A DNA stretch of 54,960 nt, the filler included, from Jimgerdemannia flammicorona (lineage: Eukaryota), in the NCBI GenBank assembly GCA_003990765.1. It is 2 parts of 2 records of this genome, joined end to end, with 100 filler letters (N's around TTAATTAATTAA, not from the genome) between each part and the next. Parts side by side here need not be neighbours in the genome. Positions count along the whole stretch, not along the records: positions 1 to 27,431 come from RBNJ01000628.1; 1 more part is not named here. One strand, given 5' to 3'. The number at the start of each line of letters is the position of its first letter. The first letter of the stretch is position 1. Position numbers and translations under genes: made by a program. Below are positions 1 through 10,720 of this stretch, piece by piece. Below the pieces are notes generated by a model, which was not told the DNA's origin, did no database searches, and worked only from the letters and a program-made list of their open reading frames with translations.

Positions 1-150
1 TAGACAAACAACAAGACAATAGCTAGCCTAGGTTAATGGGGGGGCAGTGCTTGGTGGGTTGTGGGGGAGGGTTTTGGCCTATATAATCTAGGTTCCCTTT
101 AAATAAAAATCCGCAGGACATGAGTCCATTAAAAAAAAAAAAAAAAAAAA
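1..150 (+). mobile_element. 3' end of a LINE (G-rich 3' UTR, AATAAA, poly-A tail) abutting the Copia relic
   Basis: G-rich tract, AATAAA near 102 and A20 at 131-150. Similar in character to the G-rich 3' end of the LINE at 27532 (minus). Confidence 0.5.
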
Positions 151-1658
151 GCTATACTGAAGTATATGAATGTGCATATATCACAATATCTTCCAGCAAG
201 CCGAAGTACATACAATGAGTATATGCAATGTCCAGATAGTAAGAAATAGAAATGTACAATAGATGAGGAATATGTTTACTTATCAAAAATAGTATCTGGG
301 ATCTAGTACCTCTTCTTCCAAACTATCAAGTAATCAGATCCAAGTGGGTGTATAGAATAAATTATAATGTCAATAGCAATGTAGTGTGGTATAAAGCTCA
401 TTTCATTGCCAAGGATTATTTACAGAATTATGGTGCTATGATGAGATATTTTTACAAGTATTCAAGCTTACATCACTTAGAATACTTCTTGTAATTAGCA
501 TAGTATACAATTTCAAAATCCATGAAATAGATGTCAAGACAATATTTCTAAATAGTGATGTAGATACTGAATTATACATCTATTAACTATAAAGATACAA
601 ACTATACAATAGCCCAAATGGTAAGCTCATATGCAGATTATATAAGAGACTATATGGCATCAAATAAGCAGTATGACTATGGAACAAAAGAATCAATAAG
701 TATCTACTTGATAATGAATTCATGCATTGTGAAGTGAATAATTACATATATGTCTAGTATTATAATGACAGCATAGTATTCATTGACATATGGGTTGATG
801 ATATAATTATTATTGCTAGTAAGAACAGGCTTAATAGAGTAAAGAAAATACTACATTGAGAATTCAAGATGACTGGCATAGTGATATATTCTTTCTTTAG
901 GAGATATCTATCATATATGATAGAAATATATATACCATATATCTCTCATAAGAAACATATATTAAAGCTATTCTCAAATGCTCTAATATGAGTAAATGTA
1001 AGCTATTGAGCACTCCTATAGATACTTCTGTTAAGTTAAGAAAGCCAAACATTATACTTGAGGATGATGATAACAATACACTTACTAAAAAAATTCCCTA
1101 TTAGTAAGCAGTTGGCTCTCTTATGTATCTCATACTAAGAATAAGATCCAACATATTATATACTATGAATAAGGTGGCGCAGTATTCCTCTTGCTATGAT
1201 AATTCCCATTGAAGTACTGTTAAGAGAATTTTCTGATACTTAAAGGGATCAGTATACTATATACTCATATTGGGCAGTGACATTGGATTAAGTGGGAGCA
1301 ATGGCAAGAGCAATAGTATCCAGCTATCTTGTATATATAACACTGATTGGTCCAGAGACTTAGATGACTGTTGATCTATAACTGAGTACCTCTTCTATAT
1401 TTGTAACCAAGGATCTGTCATTTTATAACAAATATATAAGTAGAGTTCTATGGTAACATCATCAATCCAAGTGGAGTACCAGAAGTTGTCATTGGCAATA
1501 AAGGCAGCTATTTGGCTCAACAAACTATTAAAGGAACTTAAATTCACTCAGAAGAGTACTATGCTATACCAGGATAATCAGGCTACATTGTACTTATCAA
1601 GAATCCAGTATATAACAGCAGAATGAAACATATCAATATATAGCATTATTTTATATAT
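151..1658 (+). pseudogene. Ty1/Copia reverse transcriptase and RNase H, decayed
   Basis: Copia RT motifs are readable through stops: IWDLVPLLPNYQVIRSKWVYRIN, MDVKTIFLNS-like, IWVDDIIII, PY*(Q)AVGSLMYL. It ends with MKHINI*HYFI just before the Gypsy LTR. Confidence 0.9.
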
Positions 1659-3129
1659 TGTAACAGACCAAAACATACTACCTGAATTATAACATAGCCA
1701 GATGACATAAACAATTAGCATACTTACTCAGCATGATGTGACTTCCAGTGTATCATAGTTACTCATGCCTGCCACACTTATAATTAGTCAAGACACTAGA
1801 TCAGGATTGTTTACCTATATCCTGAGGACACACTCATGTCCTGCAGACACAATCATGTCCTGCGGACACACTCATGTCCTATGGACATACCTGTACCCAG
1901 AGGATACACCCAAACATTACCAAAGATAGCAAATCTATAGTTAGCCACATAGGTAACCAGATAGCAACCAACTTATATAAATTACCCCAGAGGCAAGAGT
2001 GAATAAAACCTCAGTCCGAATTGAAATGCAAACCAAAGAAGCCTCTAAAGATTGAGCAATTGGTCCCCTTATTCCCACTCTGGTCCACTTTCCGATACAA
2101 AAAAGAGTTTGTTACATTTTTGGTTCACTTGCCAGATAAGCCTGAAGATTTGCCACCTAAGTTCAAGGAGAACTTCGCTGCCTTTTGAAGAACCTGCCAC
2201 TTAAGGAATAAGCCATGCTTTTGGTACACTTGCCAGATAAGCCTGAAGAATCCCAGTTTCCTGCAAAGTTCAAGGAAGAACTTTGCTGCATTCCCAGAAA
2301 GCCGCCTTGCCCAAGCCAGTTTCTGATGCAACTTCGCAGTGATCTGTTCGCACAAACGAAGCCAGTCTTTGATGCAACTTTGCCAAGAGACCCTTTCCAA
2401 GCCGCCATCCTGTTCCCCAGTTAGAGCCCGCTGATTCAGGAAGAATCCGCGCCATCTGAGTTAATTTCCAGTTAAGCCACCGTTTTCAGGAAGCCCACCG
2501 ATTCTGGAGAATCTGTGTCATCTGCCGTTTCCAAGATTATCCGCTGTATTCCCAGTTGAAGCCGAAACCGCGATATCTGAGTTATTCGTCATTCCTAGTG
2601 AGCCTGAGTTATCGAGTTATCTGCCACCCGAGTTATTCCCTGAGAACCCTGCCATTTCAGGAAGAACCCATGCCATACATTCCCAGTGAGCCAAATTGAG
2701 CTATCTGCCAGAAATCACATACTTTTGGAGATCATTGCGCTACACAGGAATCACCCACCACCCAAGAAGGAGAACTGCTAAATTGCCAGACTGTCATGCA
2801 CAAGATTGTCATGCTACACAAAGATCGTCGCACCAAGACCATTACCTAGAAATCGCATACTTTTGGAAAATACCTTGCTACACAAAATCATACCATTCCG
2901 AGTTGACCCAAGAAGGAAAAGACTTACAAACCACCACTACACCCAGAGAACTGTCCCAATAAGGAAATCGCTCGCAGATATCCAGCTTTGACTATTATAC
3001 CACTAAACACCAAGGACCTCAGGAATCTTAGAACATTTTGTTGCTTTTTGACAAAGTAACTGGGGGCTCAAGCCAAACTACATCAACCCCCAACCTTGTA
3101 ATTTGCCTCCATTGAGCTGGCATGTTACA
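1659..3129 (+). repeat. 5' LTR of Gypsy family 1 (1471 bp)
   Basis: Direct repeat of 10721-12171 with TG...CA ends. It contains about 20-bp GGACACACTCATGTCCTG tandem units (1826-1905) and an about 105-bp duplication (2118-2290). Confidence 0.97.
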
Positions 3130-3148
3130 TTTGGAGGCTCAACTGGGA
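3130..3148 (+). promoter_or_regulatory. Primer-binding site, tRNA-Pro-like
   Basis: TTTGGAGGCTCAACTGGGA directly after the LTR resembles the tRNA-Pro PBS TGGGGGCTCGTCCGGGA. Confidence 0.65.
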
Positions 3149-3162
3149 AGATTTTAAAATCA

Positions 3163-5600
3163 ATGTGACTTTTCAGCTCACAAGAACCCACAGTCAAACT
3201 GGATACATTTGATACAACACCAACCTCTGCCACTATAGGAGAACTAGTCATCACTAGCATTTGGACAGTAAGAGAAGTAATTACCTCAAGACTTGCCAAC
3301 TACCCAGCATCAGAAGGATCCCAACCAGAAGCAGGAGGCAGTACAGCCCAAAATCTCCAACCAGATCAACCAGATCAACCAGACAATATAGACAGCCCTG
3401 CTAGAGTTTTTGGAGAACTTGTACAAGAACTAGATGACCTTATTACCCAGACCCAACATCTTACAGCCAGACAGCATACACCAGTCCCACCAATCTCACC
3501 AATAGAACCCCTAGCACAACCTCTTGCAGAACCAGAAGTAGCTCCTACAAGGATACATAGGCCTATTCCACCTCACCCAAGGACCAGAACACCATCTTCA
3601 AGATACCCAAGCACTCCTGTCTCTAGTGAAAGTTCAGAAAGTGAATCAGAATCAGAATCTGAACCTGAACCAGAATCAGAAGAAAGTGACGACAAAATGG
3701 CCACCTCATTGCCAACCTTTGCAGGATACCCAGAGGAAGACCCCAGAGAATTCCTTGATGGAATTGACGGAATTGCAGCCTTGAGGAACCTCTCAGACGA
3801 AAGAAAAATCGCCATCTACAAAGCCCAGCTTAGAGAACCAGCTAGAGGAATTTTCCACCGAACAGCAAACAACCCAGATTCGGAACTGGCAAGACAGATA
3901 CAAGCAGCATTCTCTGATGAGCTAGAATATGAAGCCATGGTCCACTGGCTCATCGAAAAGTATGCAGGAAATGAAACCCACCACAAGGCTCAGGAATCCA
4001 TCATGGGAATGAAGATGAATCTTAGAGAATCACCCAGAGCCTTCTTCACAAGAATCCAGAAGAGAATGCATTCTGCTGGGTTCAATGCCACCAACTAAGA
4101 CATCATAGGTCCAATGACCTTCATGAATGGAATTCCTCCAAATATTGCCCAGCATGTCTGCACCCTAGGCATCAGAAGGTCTGAAGAGCAAGTAGATGCA
4201 GCCCAAGGATTCTTTGATGTCAGGCAAGGAACTACATGGAGTGACAATGACAAAAAGGAAGATAAAGAAGATATCCTGGTCAAAGCCCTGCAAGGACTCC
4301 TTCAAGGATAAGAAAAGTCTGAAGAAAGAAGGCCAGCCAAGGAAGGAAAGAAGGACAGAAGTGAAATTCAAGACCTCAGCTCCAAGTTAGACTGATTGGT
4401 TGGACAGATCGAAAAACTCACCAAATGTGAAAATCGGGACTATCAAAACAACAGAGGGTACCCACCACAGAGGAGCCAAGGTTATCCACCAAGAGATAAC
4501 AGAAATTACCAGCAAGAAGAAAGAAGGTACCCTGCTCAAGACAGAGCCCAAGTCCAATGCTTCCACTGTAGACAATTTGGACACTATGCCACTGAATGTG
4601 ACAACAAAAGAAATGACCGAAGGGACTCAAAACCACCAAACCAAAGGAATGACACTCAGTACAAGAAGACTGAAGCCCATCCTGTTGAAGATTTCGAGGA
4701 AGCAAGCAATAGTGAAGACTATAGTGACCTAGACTTGTATCCTACCAAGGTTACCACCTGAAAGACAGTCTACCCAGCAGAAAAAAGAAAGAGACCTGTG
4801 GGAAGACCATCAAGGAACATCAGCAGGAGAATCATTCAAGAAGAAGATGAAGAACATGAGGAGGAACAAGTTGAAACATCTCCCTGAACCCCCTCACCTT
4901 TTGTGCCTGAGACAAATAAATTGCCACCAGAAGATGAAGAAATGGAACAAGAAGAACAGAAACCTGTTGCTCCAAGGCCTAAGAAAAAGTATACCCCAAA
5001 GACCATGCCTAGAGACATTTACAATGAAGCCTGGCAGAAGATCCAAGAAGCCAAGATGGAAGTTCCTCTTCTGCAGTTCTTGCAATTGACACCAGCCAGA
5101 GTCCGAAACAAATTGCTGAGAACCACCAGGTCTAGCACTGGCCGAGTTCCAATCCCACAGCAAGAACCAGCTTCCATCCCAGTTCAAGCAGCTGAAAGAC
5201 ATGTCAACACCTACTTACATAGAGATATTGGAGGACAAAAAGCGAAAATCCTCATAGATACAGGAGCAGCTGTCTGTGTCATTGCCAAATGATTCTTAGA
5301 CACCCTCCAATGGCCCATCGATGGACCATCCAACCTCAGCATCATAGTAGCAGATGGAGCCCAAACTCAACCCCTTGGAGAAGTATGAAATATCACCATC
5401 TCCCTTGGACACATTCAGTTCTCCATTCTCAAAGCTATTGTCACTGAAGCTGTCACCTATGACATGATTCTTGGCACCAATTAGATGAAGGAGATAAATG
5501 CAGTTGTTGACATTGGCCAACAAGTACTCAAGTTTGATTACCGAGGCAAGAAGTATAGAGTTAAGGTGACCAGCTATGAGCAATCGAAGAAGAAAAAGAA
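3163..5600 (+). pseudogene. gag plus aspartic protease in one frame, with nonsense mutations
   Basis: Capsid-like LPTFAGYPEEDPREFL, zinc knuckle CFHCRQFGHYATEC (about 4558) and protease ILIDTGAAVCVI (about 5248). Stops are explainable as CGA>TGA, CAA>TAA or TGG>TAG. Confidence 0.92.
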
Positions 5601-6884
5601 ATTCACTATTCAGAAAGAGTATGCCAGCAGTGAAGAATCTACCACTGAAGAAGAAGAAGAATCCGAAGATGGAAATGATCCCAGACTGAATCCCTGGATT
5701 AACCTGGTGGATGACAGACCAGAAGACAATGTGTGGGCTAAGAACACCATCCCCATCACTATTGGAGTCATTGCAGGAGAAGCCAAAGGATGCCCCACAT
5801 GCCTCAAGAGACACAAGTGTCTTGAGCACTCATCCAAGATCATGGGAACAAGGAAATTGCCTGGCGCAGCCTGCCCAGAATGCAGAAGAAAGAAGAAAAA
5901 TGCAGACATGTTCCAGAAACACCTGCAACCGAAGCTGCAGAAGTACAAGCAATTTGGGGTCAAGAATCATCTGAGGAAGAAGAAACTTCTGAGCAAGAAG
6001 TTCCTGAACAAGAAGCACCTGATGAAGAAGAAGTCCCCGAACTCATTCCCTGGGATGACCCTCACTGGACACCACCTGAAGACAATGACCCCTGGAATAC
6101 AGAGGAAGGACCCAGTACCATCACCATTATCCCCAAGAAAGAAACCCACCAAGAGAATGCTTTCCGGCTAGGAAGGTATCCACATCAAATGGTCTTCTAC
6201 TCTCCCCGAGACTATTGCTATCAGTATCACCTGTTGAACCAACAAGAAAGATAGAGACCCCAGAGGCCAGAACCCCCAACTACTCTTGCATAGTCTACCA
6301 CCTTTCAGGAAGTCACCACAAGGTTACAAAGTCGATTTAGAGGACAAGGCTTCTTTACCCAAACAGAAATATACCCCTTATCTACCCTTCCCCCAACCTA
6401 TGATCAAGATGGGTATCGATTCCCAAGACAACAAGAGATAAATAGCTGGGAACATCATTTCCGAGCAATGGGGTATTGCAACCATGGGAGACATCCTGAT
6501 TGCCAAGACTGCAGACACCAGAAGATTCACCTCAGCCATGATGTTGCAGTGCATACCTTGAAGAAAGGAGATAAACAAAGTCAGATCCGAAAAAGTCAGA
6601 TTCGAAAAAGCCAGACCAAGAAGCCTGGAAAAAGAATCCTCAAGATTTATGATTTGGGAGAAGACATCCTAGCTCTCATCAGACATGCAACCTGCCAAGG
6701 ATGGGCAGAAGATGCCACCAACTTCATGGAAGCCCTTGACCCTACAGGAAGGAGGGGAATCAATTACCTCCGAGACCCCTCTACTGGAGCCAGATGGCCA
6801 CACCTCAACCTTAGAGCTTGGAGGCTTTCTGCTAGTGGAGCTTCAGCCTTAGGAAAGCCTGAACTCAGCAAGGACATTGCCTAG
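5600..6884 (+). pseudogene. Long acidic and Cys/His-rich polyprotein insert of unknown function between protease and dUTPase
   Basis: ORFs 5485-6171, 5880-6254 and 6468-6884. Motifs CPTCLKRHKCLEH, ACPECRRKK(K)KCRH across a 1-nt frame break, and YCNHGRHPDCQDCRH. Confidence 0.7.
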
Positions 6885-7290
6885 TATGCCCTGCTGCACC
6901 CCAAGGCCAAACCCCCGACCAAAGCCCACCCAAAGGATATAGGATATGATCTTCACAGCCTGGAGGATGAATCCATCAAGCCTGGAAAAACCTTCATGGT
7001 CAGAACCAGATTAGCCATGCAGCCACCTCAAGGAGCTTATATTCAACTGACCTCAAGGTCTGGACTTGCCAGACAAGGGATAACTGTAGAAGGAGGAACC
7101 ATTGACCCTGGATATACAGGCAAAATCAAGATCATCCTAGACAACAGCAGTACAGAATGGCACCGAATCATTAGAGGACAGAAGATTGCCCAAGCAGTCT
7201 TCATGAAGGTCAAGACCCTACAGTTACAGGAAGTTTCTGAACTAATTAAAGAAACAAGACAAGCCAAGGGATTTGGAAGTTCAGACAGGA
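6885..7290 (+). CDS. dUTPase domain of the family-1 polyprotein
   Basis: All five dUTPase motifs are present: IGYDL, TSRSGLA, GGTIDPGYTG, KIAQ and RQAKGFGSS. Confidence 0.95.
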
Positions 7291-7329
7291 AAGAGGTACA
7301 TCTCCTTCAAGTCAACCACCTCAAGAGGA

Positions 7330-7640
7330 ATGTTCCCCAGCAAGTATACCAGCAACCAGTCAGACTGCACAAGAATCTCATCCTGGAGCCTGGAGAACAA
7401 ACTACCTTCGAAATCTTTGTACCACCCGACCCCAGAAACCTTTTCTTTGAATCCAAGGAAGATATCCCACACCTAGACATAGAGGGACACACATTCCCTA
7501 ACAAGATGAACCCAGTACACTCCCGAGCAACCAACCAAAGTTGGGGGACCATCATCCTGTCAAAAGGAACCATCATAGGACATCTGGTGCCTTTTCTCAA
7601 CCGAACTCATAGGGAAGTTTATGAACTAAACCTATCAGGA
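7330..7640 (+). other. Second, degenerate dUTPase-like segment of the polyprotein
   Basis: PVRLHKNLILEPGEQTTF...ATNQSWGTIILSKGTIIGHL echoes the dUTPase beta-strand pattern but lacks the catalytic motifs. Confidence 0.45.
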
Positions 7641-7684
7641 AATGGCAAAAGGTCCCAGAAGAAAGGAAAGGCCCCTCTGCGACC
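7637..7684 (+). promoter_or_regulatory. Putative -1 programmed ribosomal frameshift signal between the dUTPase region and RT
   Basis: Heptamer A GGA AAT (ancestral G GGA AAC if two CpG decays are reversed), a 7-nt spacer and stem GGTCCCAGAAG / CCTCTGCGACC. RT is in the -1 frame. Confidence 0.6.
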
Positions 7685-9109
7685 CAGGAGACAGTGAAGC
7701 CTTCCACCAACATTGGCAAAGAATTGACACCTCAACAACAGTAACAATTATTAGAACTTCTCAACAAATATCAAGATATCTTCACCACCAATTATGGCGA
7801 CCTGCCATACAATCCATCATATCACCACAGCATAAATACAGGAAGTGCAACACTCATCCAGCAGAAACCCTATAGAATATCCCATCACTTGAAAACATTT
7901 GAAAAGGAGCACATCCAAGAACTGTTAGACAATGGAGTCATCCGATCCTCTACCAGCCCCAGGGCCAGCCCTATACTTATTGTACCAAAGAAAGGAGGAT
8001 GGAGACTCTGCATGGATTACAGAAAACTCAACTCAGTCACTGAAAAGGATGCTTATCCTTTGCCCAGAATCGATGACCTTTTGGATCAGTTACAAGATGC
8101 CAGATACTTCAGCAGTATGGACCTCTTTGCAGGATTCCATGAGATCCCCATGGATCCTAAGGACATTCAAAAGACAGCCTTCCTTGCTCTAGGAAAACTG
8201 TTTGAATACCTCCGAATGCCCTTTGGACTTTGCAATGCACCCCCCACCTTCCAGAGGATGATGAATTTGGTCTATGCTCCCTTGATCCACTACTGTCTGA
8301 TTGTATACATGGATGATTCCAACATCTATTCAGCAAATTTCGAAGAACACCTGCACCACCTAGAGGAATTCTTCAAGCTCACCAACAAGAATCACTTGAG
8401 ACTGAATGCAAAGAAATGCTACTTTGGAAAACAGAAACTCGAATTCCTTGGATTTGTGGTCTCAAAAGAAGGAACTCATGCAGACTCAAAGAAAACTGAG
8501 AAGATCAACAATTGGCCAGTACCCAAGACTCCAAAAGAAACACTATTATTCCTGATGCTAGTATCCTACTACAGAAGGTTCATCAAGGATTTTGCCCAAA
8601 TTGCTGCCCCAATCCGAATCCTTCTCAAGAAAGGAATGACATTCAAATGGACAGAATCACAGGAAAAAGCCTTCAGAGAACTCAAGAACCGCATGACTAC
8701 AGCACCAATCCTTGTACACCCCAATTTACAGAAGCCATTCATCTTGTATATAGATGCTTCCAAAGATGGCCTAGGAGCAGTTCTAGCCCAAGAAGGATCT
8801 GACCAACAGCACCATGTGATAGCTTATGCAAGCAGAGCTACCAATCAGCAGCAGATGAACTATGGTAGCACCAAACTGGAATGCCTTGCAGTCATATGGG
8901 CAGTAACCTTGTTCAAGCATTACCTCATTGGAAAAAGGTTCACCCTGATCACAGACCATGCAGCCCTCAAATGGCTATTCAATGACAAGGAACCTGCCGG
9001 AATTCTAGCCTGCTGGATACTTATCCTTCAGGATTACAAAATCACCATCATTCACAAAGCAGGGAAAGCCCACAACAATGTTGATGTACTTTCCTGCCAG
9101 CCCCAATAA
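7643..9109 (+). CDS. Reverse transcriptase and RNase H (family 1), one stop near the N-terminus
   Basis: WRLCMDYRKLN, DAYPLPRIDDLL, RMPFGLCNAP, VYMDD, LYIDASKDGLGAVL, LECLAVIWA, ITDHAAL. Confidence 0.97.
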
Positions 9110-10170
9110 ATCAGAAGAAGGGTGTCCTGAGGAACCACACCTTAAAGGAAGCTCCTCAGACTATCAAAGCACAAGAAGATCTTATCCGAAAAGAACATCA
9201 AAAAGCCCACCAAGGACAGACAAGCATAGAAGACAGGATTTGAAAACAATATCAACATTGGCCCCACCTCAGAACTCAAGTTCGGGACATCATCCAGAAA
9301 TGTGACATCTGCCAGAAGTACCAAGGAAAGAAGAACTATCAAGCCCCTCTGCAACTGATTCCCCCACCCACTCACCTCTTTCAAAGATGGGGAGTAGATG
9401 TAATTGGATCTCTGCCAGTTACACCAAGAAGAAACAAATACATCCTTGTATTTGTAGAACATCTGACCAAGTGGCCCGAGGCTTTCCCAATGGAAATCAC
9501 AGATGCCTTAACCATTGTAAGCCTCCTCCATGGACTCACACTCAGATATGGACCTCCAGAAGAACTCATCTCTGACCGAGGCACAGAATTCATCAACAAC
9601 ATAATCACAAGTTATTCCTGAATTCACAAGATCTACCTCAAAAGGACCACATCATACCACCCCCAGACCAATGGCATGACAGAAAGAATGAACCAGACCA
9701 TCACGAAAGGACTTGCCTGAGTCAACCCTACTAATTGGGACCTCCGCTTACCTGAGATCCTATGGGAAATTCGGAATATCCCTGCCACATCCACCAAACA
9801 AAAGCCATTCGAAATGATGTTTGCCAAGAAAACCAGAACTGCTGACCATGAGAATCTTGGAGACCTCCTCAAGAAGGCAGAACAGTTACGAAATCAAGCC
9901 CAAGGACAGATTATCAAAGCCCAGGAAAGACAAAAGAAGTACTATAACCAAAAACAGAAGGATCAGGAGATCAAGATTGAAGATCAAGTCCTAGTTTGGA
10001 GAAGCATGATTGAGACAAACTTTGCTGCCAAACTGGAACCAAAATGGGAAGGACCTTATCTTGTACACAACATCAGAGGAACCAGCATCTATTTATGAAG
10101 CATAGATGGACGAACCCTGAGAACACCAGTACACATCAATTACCTCAAGATATACTTCTTCTCACACCAT
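9110..10170 (+). pseudogene. Integrase (family 1), in a different frame from RT-RH
   Basis: HHCC motif EHQKAHQG...CDICQK, core WGVDVIG, ISDRGTEF, YHPQTNGMTER, and GPY motif KLEPKWEGPY. No chromodomain. Several CGA>TGA stops. Confidence 0.95.
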
Positions 10171-10681
10171 GAATCAGAGAATTGACAACTGCCTCCAAAC
10201 TCTTGTTCTCAGTTCCCTCCAAACCCTACCAGTTCCCCTGCCTCAGTTCTGGGAACTCAATGGAACCTATCTTCAGAGAATCTGAGTTCATCAAGAGAAC
10301 CTCACTTTGGCCGAGAGGCTACCCCAGGTCCACCAGCTGCAGGCATATTATGCAATTGGAGAACAATTGCAGAATCTTCCTCTCCCAGACCTAGCCTATG
10401 TCCAAAACACCACTGGCCTGAACAGAAGGAACACTACTGCTACAGACAGACTATACACCATATATAAACAAAATCCTTCCACCTTAATCCAGGCCCAGTT
10501 ATCCCTGAATAACCTCCAAAGAATGACACTACCCACCTACCTCAGCATTATTCACCAAGTGGAGACCCTATTTCCTGAGGAAGAAGAAGAGCCCCTGGAA
10601 TGGAGTGACTGCAGCTCAGATGATGATGATGGAATAGGTATAGATGCAGAAGCTGCTTATGCCTATTGGGATGATGACTGA
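10169..10681 (+). pseudogene. Accessory ORF after integrase (about 170 codons, one internal TGA), unknown function, acidic C-terminus
   Basis: ATG 10169 is in frame with ORF 10307-10681 and the ORF ends just before the PPT. It resembles the LTR-encoded ORF of family 2. Confidence 0.75.
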
Positions 10682-10708
10682 AGAATAGTCTGAGACCGAC
10701 TACCCTTC

Positions 10709-10720
10709 AGTGGGGGCTGA
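10709..10720 (+). promoter_or_regulatory. Short, imperfect polypurine tract
   Basis: AGTGGGGGCTGA immediately precedes the 3' LTR. Confidence 0.55.

Noticed and set aside
2125..2991. Short ORFs in the family-1 LTRs (also 11053-11497)
   Set aside because: They arise from GC-richer tandemly duplicated LTR sequence, are open on several frames and both strands, and show no motifs.
5880..5905. Programmed frameshift at the frame change near 5895
   Set aside because: No canonical slippery heptamer. A single A deletion in a homopolymer restores a sensible CxxCx6C motif.
10169..10681. env gene
   Set aside because: Env-like position, but short, with no signal peptide or transmembrane segment.
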